This document shows positions 50,607 through 62,190 of a stretch of 64,000 bases of DNA, one piece after another. The translations under genes were made by a program, and so were the position numbers. The notes under the pieces were generated by a model. It saw only the letters and a program-made list of their open reading frames with translations, was not told the origin of the DNA and made no database searches. The stretch is from Octopus sinensis (taxonomy: Eukaryota): the NCBI RefSeq assembly GCF_006345805.1, contig NC_043009.1, forward strand, positions 63,612,001 to 63,676,000. The letters run 5' to 3'. Numbering within the stretch: position 1 is the stretch's first letter; each line of letters begins with the position of its first letter.

Positions 50607-52744
50607 CATATATATACACTCGCGGAGTGGTTGGCGTTAGGAAGGGCATCCAGCCGTAGAAACACTGCCAGATCTGACTGGGCCTGACGAAGCCTTCCAG
50701 CTTCACAGACCCCAGTTGACCCGTCCAACCCATGCTAGCATGGAAAGCGGACGCTAAACGATGATGATGATGATGATGATATACATATATATGACGGGCT
50801 TCTTTCAGTTCCCGTCTACCAAATCCACTCACAAGGCTTTGGTCGGCCCGAGGCTATAGAAGACACTTGCCCAAGGTGCCACGCAGTGGGACTGAACCTG
50901 GAACCATGTGGTTCGTAAGCAAGCTACTTACCACACAGCCACTCTTATGCCTATTAAATATAATTAAATATCATTAGGAACTGTATAAAAAAAATTAAAA
51001 TATTTTATGTATTGTAGAAGTATAAGCGATTTGTTGCAACAAAATCTTATATGGATCCTGCCAAGGGTCATACGGCCCTTAGATGAAGGGTCTGTGTTAG
51101 AATATAATGTTAACCAAGAATGAAAAGCAGAGCACAAGGGAGCAGAGAGAAAGGGTTTGAAATTAAAAGGCATCACCTGATATTTAATATAGGCAAGAGA
51201 TGTGATTATTATTAGTGTGGCACAGATACATCATTAAGTAATGACTAAGAGAAGTGCTACATGTGGAAGGTATTCATAGAGGAGGGGAAGCGAGGAAAAT
51301 GTGGCATGAAACAATGAGATCAGAAAGAGACGAGACCGAATGAAAAACGATGCCAAAAGACAATGAGAAATGGCAGTGAGTAGATCCATATGTGTTCCCT
51401 AATTGTAAACCTCTTTCTTTCTTTCTCTCTCTCCCTCTCTTTCATGCCAGTATGGGAAATGGATGTTAACCCCTTTAATATTTAAACCAGCCATATCTTA
51501 TTTCTATACTGCCCACAAGGGGCCACACGGAGGGGACAAACAAGGACAGACAAACGGAGAAACCGAGACAATGTAGGACAGAGGGAACTCTTTAGTCTTT
51601 CCAAGGATAAAGAGATTTGAACCATAGAAACTTTGCCAAAAATTAAACAGACAAGCGAGACATAGACCTCCAGTTTGTCTAAAAGGACAGTAACTCTGAA
51701 TAAGAAATAACTGGACTGTCATGACACATCTAACCCATGCTGTCATGGAAAAACAGACGTAGAATTATGATGATGGTGATAACATCATTTAGGAGTAATT
51801 CTAATGCATTTTGTTAGAACCGTTCCTTTTTTGAATATCCAGTCCCAAGAGCAATTTCATTCCGTGTCTGAATTTTGGTGAGATGTTTTGGCTTTCTTAA
51901 AAATTATATTGAGGTCCTCTTGACCTTTTTGGGGTCACTTTTCAGCCAAATCAGTTCAGTGTTCTTTTATCTACACAGACAACCTGAGATAAGTGTCTAT
52001 GAGTGTATGTATGTATGTGTGTGTGTGTGTACATGTCTCTGCATGCATGATTGTATGTGTCTCAGTATATGTTTATCTTGCGTCTGTAAATTTATGTGCA
52101 TTTGCGTCTATGTGTATCTGTTAGTGTGTGTGTGTGAGTGCCTGTCAGTATATAAGTGTGTGTGTGTTTGTCAGAATATGTATGTGTTTATGCCAATGCA
52201 TGTATGTACCCCTCTATGTGTATCCAGTAACTCCTTGCCATATTGCAGTTCACCTAGTGCACACTCAGTACATCACGATTCACCTATCACGCACTCAGCA
52301 CATCGCAGGGTCCTCAGTACATCACGGCTTTCTGCAACCGATTGGTATTTAGATTTTTTTAGATTTTACTCATTTCTGTGGGAGGTTTTGGAAAGTAACA
52401 CCCACAATAGTCAAGGGGTTACTGTATACCCATATCATTGTACAGTTATATTCTCCATTACAGAACATTATATAACAAAGATATAATTCACACTGCACCA
52501 TATACATCACAAATATCCTCTACGCTATATAATATAAAAATATAAATAAATGCGCCCTTTTAAAGCCTAGCCAGGCTCATGGGCCCAGTTTCCCGGTTTC
52601 TATGGTGTGTGTGCTCCCCAGCTGGACGGGATGCCAGTCCATCACAGCGTTACTCCTGTTTGCCAGCTGAGTGGACTGGAGCAACGTGAAGTGAAGTGTT
52701 TTGCTCAAGAACACTATATAATATACCACTGATATATTCTACAC

Positions 52745-53019
52745 CAGTGCTTCTCAAATTATCTGATGTGGTGTACTGGCAGGGTTTTTTTCCAGTGTGC
52801 CAGGGACCAGTAATATTAATTTATACTGGAAACAATATATATAATGAATATAGTAAAAGCTGACAATTTTTTATCTTAGATTTATTTTGTAAACAAATAA
52901 TACAACACTACATAAACATTTTATAATGTTTCTTTCTTTTCTGGAAACTCACCGCGTACAGGCAGCTGATGGCTCACAGACCAGTACTGGTCCGTGGACC
53001 ACCACTTTGAGAAGCACTG
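52745..53019. mobile_element. hAT-type MITE
   Basis: 14-bp TIR CAGTGCTTCTCAAA/TTTGAGAAGCACTG and a perfect 8-bp TSD TTCTACAC (52737-44 and 53020-27). Confidence 0.9.
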
Positions 53020-54693
53020 TTCTACACTACATTATATATCATTAATAGACTACAGTATACTATATACCACAGTTAAACACTGCACTATATTATATACCAC
53101 AATTATTGAGTACACAACATACCACAGTTATATACAATACAGCATACCATAGTTATATACTACATTATATAGTATAGATATACTATAGATATACACTGCA
53201 TGACAATATACACAATAGTTAAATACTAAATTGAAATAAAAACACAGTTAGGTATTACACTAATTATAAAACCAGTAATACACTTAATTATATACTGTTA
53301 TACACGACAAATGTATGATCTGCTACAATTTGTACAAGGTGCAGTGAAAGGTGTGAACTGAATTCAAATTGAACTAACTTATTATTTACCATTTCTAACA
53401 TAGACACAAGACCACAAACTTTAGAGGAAGGGGTCAGCCGCCAATTTAACCCCTTTAACATTCAAAACGGCCATATCAGGCCCAAATATTCTACCTGTTC
53501 TATGTTCAAACTGACCAGATCAGAGCTCTCGCAACTACCCTGCAATGTCATTCTCAAAGTAAACAAACACATCAGTGAAATCTCAAAGCTATGAGATAAA
53601 GCATAATTAATTCAAAACAATGTGAATAAATAATCATTACATTTGACAGAGTGATCTGAAAGTTAAAGGGTTAAACAGACCCCGGTACGTGACTGGTACC
53701 TTATTTTATCAACATCAGAATTATGAAAGGCAAAGCTGATTCAAAGTGGGATTTGAACTCAGGGTGTAGTGAGCCAGAACAATTACTTCAAGGCATCTTG
53801 TCCAATACTCTGACAATTCTGCCAATCCACCAACCACCCTTATTAAATATCAACAAAGGGTGCGTACATAAGTGGGTCTTCATGATGAAAAGTTACCCCC
53901 AGATAGTTCTGTGGGTGGATTTAGCTATGTATAAACAGTGTAATATCAGCTAAGTAGTTCTGTAATTGAGAAGACAGCCAAGGTAAATGAATAGCATAGC
54001 TCAGTGGGTGGATTGAGAGAGAGGGGGGAGAGGGGGTGATATCTATAAAAACATGGTAAAACAAATACAAAAAAAAAATGATGGAAGAGATAATGAGGAT
54101 TTTTCTAAGCTTGGAAAAAGGCCACTGTAAATATTTGTGGGAGGATACAGCTGAATAAATGTTGGTTTGTAATTATCTTAACAACCCTTGAAGAATGAAA
54201 TGTTAAGTTGACATCGGAAAGGTCTGAACTCAGAGCAAACTACAAATAGTACAGGGTATTTTGTGGGGTCCTCAACCAGCTGATTTCTAATTTAGGTGAT
54301 CACAACTAATACTGACGCAGAGAGAGAGGAGAGAGGAATAATTTGGTGAGAAAACAAGATTAGCATATGAAAACACACACACACACACACATACATACAC
54401 ACACCTGCACACAAACATACACAGAAAGATTAATACCATGCACAAATATACTCATAGATACATATGTATATACAAACTGGTAATTTCTTCCATTTCTCCA
54501 GGTAAGACTGACCGGTGGTTTTCACAGGATGTCATATTTCAACAGTGTCTACCTTTCTCATTTGAAGAAGCAGGTATGAAGGATGGGGGAGGGGAGTCCA
54601 ACAATACCATGAATAGAACATGTAAAGACAGGTTTACATTAATTTTATGGCAGGTAGAAACTTGACCTGAGAATCACTTACAGCAATACATAC

Positions 54694-54734
54694 CTGTACA
54701 CAGAAACAACAATACACCTACAGTGATACTACAC
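54694..54734 (-). other. Candidate 41-nt exon (CSITVGVLLFLCT) bridging phase 2 to phase 1
   Basis: ttttttttatcacag|acag|G...ACAG|gtatgt. With the distal AG it joins the MSDTKPV exon in frame to the 45736 exon. No homology support. Confidence 0.3.
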
Positions 54735-54903
54735 CTGTCTGTGATAAAAAAAACTCGTTAAATGAATATCTATAAATTTCAGGCCTTGTGCCTAGAGCAG
54801 AAAAGAGTATTTATTAACAGAAAGCCACATCATAAATAGATCAGAATTCTCCCAATGTGTCAATATCGCAGGTGAAGCTTTCAAATTTGTGGTCGCTTCA
54901 CTT

Positions 54904-55215
54904 GCTAGAAATAACAGCCAAATCTCAAATCACACTCTACCGTCTTAAAATCAAAAGGAATGATGCAGTAGATAAATGTTGTCATGGATACACGAAAATA
55001 TGGGATGGTTATGACTGGAATGTCTTTGATCAAAGGTCTGCTCGTTAAGCTAGAAATAACAGCTAAATCTCAAATCACACTCTACCGTCTTAAAATCAAA
55101 AGGAATGATGCAGTAGATAAATGTTGTCATGGATACACGAAAATATGGGATGGTTATGACTGGAATGTCTTTGATCAAAGGTCTGCTCGTTAAGCTAGAA
55201 ATAACAGCTAAATCT
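54904..55215. repeat. 145-bp tandem duplication (2 copies plus the start of a third)
   Basis: GCTAGAAATAACAGC occurs at 54904, 55049 and 55194; one mismatch was seen between the full copies. Confidence 0.92.
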
Positions 55216-56658
55216 CTTTCACACAACACTTAACTGCCAGCGAAAAAGAGAGATGACTAGTTAAAACCCTTTTGATCATTGACATCAAAACAACAACTGC
55301 TTTGGCTCCTAGCTTCGTTTTGTGCTTCCTCTGCAGACGTCTGAAACCGTCGAGGGTGAAAGATGAGAAGGATGCACGCATTCATACAAAGCAGACACGA
55401 GAATGGTGAAAGACACGTGTGAGTGTTGTTGTGGCAGGGGTGACGTTTGATATTTGTAAAAGGTAAGGTCAGGTCAGAGTGAAAAAGGCCGCCGTGCCAG
55501 GATGTAAACATGCTCCCTCCCTGCAGAGATTACACCTCTTTATCTGAGAGATTAAATTAAAACATTGCGGCGAGGGAAGAAATCAATAACGATCAGAGTA
55601 CACACTCTACACACCACAGGCATCACATGTATGTTTAGATTATGTATGTATGCGTGTCACTATATATATAAAATCGTTTGTAGAAATACATCAATCCGGA
55701 GGAGAAGCACTCTAAGATGTAGAGCAGTTAATATTATAGTGCGGTAGGCCGGTTTATGGGGTTAGCCTGGGTTTCTCGCTCCTAAGGGGTTTAGCTTTAC
55801 AGCGTATCCACAGACCCCAAAATACTGCTGGCCTGAGACCCCCACCCTACATGCACACACGGGTGCATTTAGTTGTGAGTGTGCATGTAACCTGCAAAGT
55901 CAAAAGTTTTAGAGATCTTGGAGATGGTCGAACACAACGTGTAGTTTAAGAGTTGAGAGAAACTCTATACTTTGTACGAAATATAAACTATAGATGCACG
56001 CTAGACATGCAGTAGAATTACAAACACAGGGAGAAGAAATATTTTGTGGTAGATGCGAAATAGTTAGTAGTAAGTGCATCCGTACGATGAACTGTTATCA
56101 AATGATCGGATGGTCCCGAGGTAAATGTAGGTCTGATAGCTTCCGTAACCTAGGTGACCTAAAAACAAAGATGCTATGTCTCCAAGAGAAGGACAGACTG
56201 TATGATGCTTGTGCGGTGTCGTAAACGAAACATGGGCATCGAATAGGAGGGATGGATGTTTGAAGGATGGAAGAGAGAGAGAGAGAGAAAAAGAAAGAAA
56301 CTGAGGCAAATATGTTCCGCAGGATGTGTAATGTTAATGTGTGCATGAATGAACAACGGAGCAGAAATGGGCTGAAGGGAAACAAACAAAAACTGGGTGA
56401 CCTAGAATGGACATGTGATTACGAACGAAAAGAAGAAGGCTGACGGTCGGGACGAAGTGTCGAGTAGACCAAAGTGGAAGGGACGTACGGAAGGGGAACG
56501 AGGGAAGACTTAGGATGAAGGGATGAGAACTGGTCTCAGAAGGTTGGACTTCACGAAGGCGATGACAAAGGCCTAACAAACAATAAATGGCAAGACACCA
56601 CTGTTCTAGAGAACGACCCGACCAACAAAAGAGCGCACGGAAAAAACTGGCTTAAAAT

Positions 56659-56706
<48 letters not shown>

Positions 56707-56932
56707 AACCTGCGTAGAGCGATAAATTAAGCCGAATGTCGGTGAGATTTGTATGAAGCTGAGGTGTAATAGAGTTTGTTTGTCCATTGTGCAACTGCGT
56801 AAGCAGGAAATAAGCTAAATATTGCACCAACTTGTACAGACGAAGGCACCTGATATTTAATATTTAAACTGGTTTTCAACAGCAAATGCTAATAACAGTC
56901 AACTCAACTCTTAATATATGCAGCTTTCTTAC

Positions 56933-57008
56933 ACTGGTTTGGTATCAGACATTATTATTAAGCCGACGGTATTTTTTTGGTGATTAGGTGTTTTTGGAAT
57001 GTTGTGGT
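56933..57008 (-). other. Candidate 5' exon with start codon (ATG at 56952; MSDTKPV, phase-2 donor)
   Basis: A long polypyrimidine tract precedes the first AG (57010-57009). The exon has aataataATG context and ends CCAGT|GTAAGA. No protein homology confirms the link to MOSPD2. Confidence 0.45.
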
Positions 57009-57018
57009 CTGCATGCGA

Positions 57019-57030
57019 TGTGACGTCACA
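57019..57030. promoter_or_regulatory. Palindromic CRE-like site TGTGACGTCACA
   Basis: Full TGACGTCA within a 12-bp palindrome in the CpG-rich 55.3-58.3 kb segment. It overlaps the candidate acceptor region, so function is uncertain. Confidence 0.3.
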
Positions 57031-57492
57031 GGAAAGGTAAAAACAAAAAAAAAAAACAACAACAACAAAAACAAAAAAGAGGCGAAAGTGAAAACACATT
57101 TTCAAGGTGACGAACAACGACCAATGTTGACATGAAACAATAATACTCTTCTGAACGAATGCTCCTTAATATAAAATGTATACATAACAAATGCACGCAT
57201 ACCGATATTTATACATAGAAATACATACTATAATTTATTATAAATTATACTATAATTATATATATGTAGTATGATAAATTATGCTATAATTTTTCTTTTC
57301 CTTATACATATAAATATATAAACATACATGTAAACATTCATACACACATTGAGAGTTACTGTAGTAGATACTTATGCATGCTATATATACACATATATAT
57401 ATATACATATATATATTAGTAAATTATCGAAACAAATGTCACGGTTCAATAGAAATGGTGAAGAGAGAGAGAGAGAAGGAAATGTAGATTAC

Positions 57493-57900
57493 CTTAGATA
57501 GGGAGGGTTATAGGAGTGTGGTTGCAATGTCTGCACTCGAGCGTAGGAGGGAGCCACTGCAGCAGTGGCTGTAGAGAGACCGAGCTGACCCAAGGAGAGT
57601 AAAAAAAAGGAGTGTGGAGTGACGGAGCTGTGGTGTCTGCACTCCAGCGCGGAGGTCAGTTGCAGGAGTGTGGTGGCTGTGGTTGTGGTTGTGGTTGTGG
57701 TGGTGGTGGTGGTGGTGTCTGCACGCCAATGTTATGGTGGGAGGGGGTCGGTACAGGAGTGTGGCTGTGACAACTGCACTCCGAGGAGGAAGAGAGAGAG
57801 AGAGAGAGAGAGAGGAGTCGCTGTGACTGTGATTGCACTCCGATGTAGGGGGAGCCACTGCAGCAATGCTTAAAGCTCCAGTGTTGTTCTTGACGGCGTT
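57493..57900 (-). other. Candidate non-coding first exon (CpG-rich, hairpin-unit array); 5' end undefined
   Basis: Donor TAAG|GTAATC at 57493/57492 would splice to the acceptor at 57008. The frame needed to enter the next exon's ORF is closed by TAA just before the donor. Confidence 0.35.
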
Positions 57901-58302
57901 GAAGTTTTAACCCAGAGAAACTCAACGTTTCGTAACCGAACGGAATGGAGAGAAGAGAAGAGAGGAGACGGCGAAAGAAAGAAAAAAAGAGGGACTACGA
58001 AGACGAGGGAAGCGAAAGAGCGCAGAGTAGAAGACGGAGTGGGAGGGGGGAAACGATAAAGAGAGGCTTTATAGAGTGGGAGGCGGGGTGGGAGAGAGAG
58101 AGAATACTGTGATGTAACAACAGGGCCGAGCGATTAAACGACGATAATGTTTTACACATGAAGAGGGAAGAGAGACAAAAGAAAGGATGGCGAGAAAGTG
58201 TGGGGGGGAATAAGGGAAGAGGAGGGAAGACACATGAAATCACAGGGGCTTCTTTACATACCCGAATTTGGATGGCGTATTATATATATATATATATATA
58301 TA

Positions 58303-58699
58303 CTAGCAGTATCGCACGGCGTTGCTCGGATTTGTAAGGGAAATAACTATATAAGCATTTTTAGAGAGTTATAGCCAAAAAATAGCAAAAAAATGCATTA
58401 AAAATGGAAAAAAATGATGGTAAATTTTTTTTTTAAATCGTTGACTCATGGTAGACATTTTTAGAGTTACTTCCCTTATATAATAGCGAAAAAATGCATT
58501 AAAATGGAAAAAAATGATGGTAAATTATTTTTTAAATCGTAGACTCATCGTAGACGTGCGCTAATACCCAGAAGTGCTCAATATGAATCACGACTAATAA
58601 GATACCCGGTTTTGGTTAAACTGCACCGCAAAATGTGGGAGTAGTTAGGAATCTAAATCGTAGGAGACAGACACATAACTTCACTTTTATATATAAAGA
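58303..58699 (-). mobile_element. Non-autonomous Helitron
   Basis: Minus strand: A|TC start (ATCTTTATATATAAAAG), CTAG|T end, subterminal GC hairpin, no TSD. Confidence 0.75.
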
Positions 58700-59404
58700 T
58701 ATATATCCTGTTGTTGTTGATGATGATGATGATGATGATGTTGTATTCTACCACTCTCCTTTATCTTCCTCCTCTCCATCATTCTCCCACTTCAAAAACA
58801 CACACACACTCATGCACACACATACATAAATAAAAAGTGGGATGCGATCCTTATCAGTTTATCAGCCAGGTGTATAATGAGACAGAGGGAGAGGCTAAAG
58901 TTTTTGCTGAGGTAAGATTACAAAATGAGGTACGAGAGTTCGATCCCAGCGCTGGGATCAAAGGAAATAATTGTCATCAGTTGCCAGTTCGATAACTGCT
59001 CCTCTCCGCCACCACCATCGTCATCTTCTTTCAACACAGGGGAGTTTCTACATGGTCGCTCAACCCGCTAGAAATAGCTACCAAATCTCCTTAAAAATCA
59101 TCTCTTCTATCTTTACAAAATGACAGGATACGTTATGTACTGCAGTCCTTCATATTCCTAACAAAATGAGATGGTCATGCATGGAATGTCTCTGATCATG
59201 GGTCAGCTCAATCAGTGAAGACCTACAGTTAAACAACAACATCGACCACAACCAAAGTCAGAATACAAACCACAAAATAAAAAAAAAGGGAATCTCCACA
59301 TGGCTTGATATGCTAGAAATAGCATGTGGTTAACAAGCTGACTTTGCAACCACTTGGCTTCAGGTTCAATACCACGGCACAGCACCTTATATATATATAA
59401 AGGT

Positions 59405-59650
59405 ACATGGCTCAGTGGTTAGAGTGTCAGGCTTACAATCCTGAGGTAGTGAGTTTGATTCCCAGACCAGGCTGTGTGTTGTGTGTTCTTGAGCAAGACA
59501 CTTTATTTCATGTTGCTCCAGTTCACTCAGCTGTAGAAATGAGTTGCGACGTCACTGGTGCCAAGCTGTATCGGCCTTTTGCCTTTCCCTTGGATAACAT
59601 CTGTGGCACAGAGACGGGAGGCTGGTGTGCATGGGCGATTACTGGTCAAT
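59405..59650 (+). mobile_element. tRNA-headed CORE-type SINE, family E (related copy about 2779-3180)
   Basis: GGCTCAGTGGTTAGAGTG...GTTTGATTCCC head followed by TTGAGCAAGACAC...CACTCAGCTG, a CORE-like segment. Confidence 0.65.
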
Positions 59651-59704
59651 GATATCTTCACAAATTGTTTTTTTTGTGAATTATTTGCTACATATTGATA
59701 TATA

Positions 59705-60095
59705 TATCGCCTGGCCCCCGTGCTGGTAGCACGTAAAAGCACCATCCGCTCGTGTCCGTTGCCAGCCTCGCCTGGCCCCCGTGCCGGTAGCACGTAAAAG
59801 CACCATCTGTTCGTGTCCGTTGCCAGCCTCGCCTGGCCCCCGTGCCGGTGGCACGTAAAAACACCATCCGTTCGTGGCCATTTGCCAGCTCTGTCTGGCA
59901 CCTGTGCAGGTGACACGTAAAGAGCACCCACTACACTCACGGAGTGGTTGGCGTTAGGAAGGGCATCCAGCCGTAGAAACACTGCCAAATCTGACTGGGC
60001 CTGATGAAGCCTTCTGGCTTCACAGACCCCAGTTAAACCGTCCAACCCATGCTAGCATGGAAAACGGACGCTAAATGATGATGATGATGATGATT
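59705..60095 (+). mobile_element. SINE-like family D with hairpin subrepeats and (GAT)n tail (others about 16540-16695, 20380-20835, 22385-22990, 26800-27220, 28850-29305, 30190-30640, 31200-31437, 38861-39010, 45895-46137, 46450-46960, 47095-47250, 50620-50780, 61025-61400, 63960-64000)
   Basis: Constant 3' part GGCGTTAGGAAGGGCATCCAGC...GGAAAGCGGACGTTAAACGATGATGAT, with a variable number of GTGCCGGTGGCACGTAAAAAGCACC units at the 5' side. Confidence 0.8.
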
Positions 60096-60102
60096 ATATA
60101 TA

Positions 60103-60159
<57 letters not shown>

Positions 60160-60261
60160 TCATATATATAGAATTTAGAGACAAATTGCTATTTAGTTAT
60201 TCAATCAATACTGAAACGATATAATCTATAATACCCACAAAAGCATTAAATAGCTGAAGGA

Positions 60262-60401
60262 TTAAAATTAATCAAAGGGCATACGAAGTATGTCTACCTG
60301 CTGGAAATAACAGTCAAAACTCCTTTGGCGATTTAAATAAGAGCTTTGACTGTTATTTCCAGCAGGTAGACATACATCGTATGCCCTTTGATTAATTTTA
60401 A
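60262..60401. repeat. Inverted repeat, 57-bp arms, one mismatch, 26-nt spacer
   Basis: 60262-60318 versus 60345-60401. Confidence 0.93.
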
Positions 60402-61924
60402 AATATATATGTATAATTATGATTATGGTGATGATATGTATACGTGTGTGCTTTTGTGTCAGAGTTTGTTCTCACCTATTGATGCTTGACAACCAGTGTT
60501 GGTTTATTTACATTCCCCATAACCTACTGGATCAGCAAAAGAGACAATCAGAATAAGTACCAGACTTAGAAAGGAAAAAATTAAGTAAAGGAGCTGATCT
60601 GTTTGACTAAAACCCTTCAGGGTGGTGCCCCAGCATGGCCACAGTCTGATGACAGAACAATAAAGCACACCTTGAAGTCTTAGGGACACAGGAGACAATA
60701 TGCTGCTATGTACACTATGTCCTGAAAAAGCAAAGAAAAAAACAAGACAGTCATGGCTGGAATGCCTCCGATCACAAGTCAGGGTGACCCATGGTAATTT
60801 GCTGCAGGCGTGAAACTCTGCATTGAACAACTAAACAAGGAAGTAACAAAGGAAATAAACAACAGGAAACCAGAAAACTGAGAAACACGTATGAAACATA
60901 AGCCATAGAGTATAACTGTGAAATAATATACAGAATGATTAGCAGCAGCATCAACAGCAATGCAGCACACACCCACGCTGTAAAATACAGAAAGCTCTTT
61001 TATCAGATCATTATCACCCTTTAACATCTGCCTGCCATGCTGTCATGGGTTAGATGGTTTGACAGGAGCTGGCAAGCCAGAGGACTGCACTGGGCTCTGC
61101 TATCTGTTTTTGCATGGTTTTCATGATTGGATGCCCTTCTTAATGCTGACCACTTCACAGAGAGGGGCTGGGTGCCTGTTATGTGGCACAACACTGGCAA
61201 GGTCTGTCTGGCATGGTTTTCACAGCTGAATGCTCTTCCTAACATCAACCCCTTCACAGAGTGGACTGGGTGCTTTTCATGTGGCACCTGCATGGTGAGG
61301 ACTGTTCAGCATGGTTTTTACTGTAGGATGCCCTTCATAATGCCAACCATTTTACAGAGTGGACTGGGTACTTTCACCAGCACCAGCAAAGTCTGGTTTT
61401 TAAAGCCTTTCTTGAAAAATCTATCACAAAAAAAAAATTCATACAAAAACCATTATTTTGAACCCTTTCTTCCACCAGAATCTGCACCCCCACCAAAAAA
61501 TATATATATAAATAAGCAATAATAGGCGCAGGAGTGGCTGTGTGGTAAGTAGCTTACTTACCAACCACATGGTTCCGGGTTCAGTCCCACTGCGTGGCAT
61601 CTTGGGCAAGTGTCTTCAACTATAGCCTCGGGCCAACCAAAGCCTTGTGAGTGGATTTGGTAGACGGAAACTGAAAGAAGCCCGTCGTATATATGTATGT
61701 ATATATATATGTTTGTGTGTCTGTGTTTGTCCCCCTAGCATTGCTTGACAACCGATGCTGGTGTGTTTACGTCCCCATCACTTAGCGGTTCGGCAAAAGA
61801 GACCGATAGAATAAGTACTGGGCTTACAAAGAATAAGTCCTGGGGTCGATTTGCTCAACTAAAGGCAGTGCTCCAGCATGGCCGCAGTCAAATGACTGAA
61901 ACAAGTAAAAGAGTAATAAGGGGA

Positions 61925-62190
61925 TCTAAAAACTCAAAAGCTTCAAAACCAGACAAAATCACAAAAATATACCTGAAATACTTAAGGCCTGAAGAATTAC
62001 TACACTCACCAATATCTAAAGCTACTGATACGAACACTGTCAATTCCTAGAATTTGGAAGCTAAGTAAAATCATAACATTTCTAAGGCCCAACAAAATCC
62101 CAACTGAAGTAACATTACACCCCTCCTAAGCACACCCTCATGTGCTTTTCCAAATCATAACATGGATCTGGAAGGCCTAGCCACCTTACT
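61925..62190 (+). mobile_element. Degraded LINE RT N-terminal fragment
   Basis: KNSKASKPDKITKIYLKYLRP...IPRIWKLSKIITFLRPNK resembles the KAPGPDGI...WK.A.IIPI.KP motif. Confidence 0.6.

Noticed and set aside
51560-51700. Fragments VTVLLD, TGGL and LAKFLWFKSLYP loosely like the MOSPD2 CRAL-TRIO segment, after a plausible acceptor
   Set aside because: They lie in three different frames with no donor; likely chance.
54483-54507. Plus-strand polypyrimidine-AG|GTAAG site
   Set aside because: No plus-strand gene is supported across this region.
55257-55345. Acceptor-like sites on both strands around CTGCAGACGTCTG
   Set aside because: No convincing donor and no homology; kept only as part of the CpG-rich segment.
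57513-57865. CRISPR-like appearance of repeat/spacer units (also the family D subrepeats)
   Set aside because: Eukaryotic context, no cas genes, repeats not of constant length or identity, and spacers are low-complexity or mutually related.
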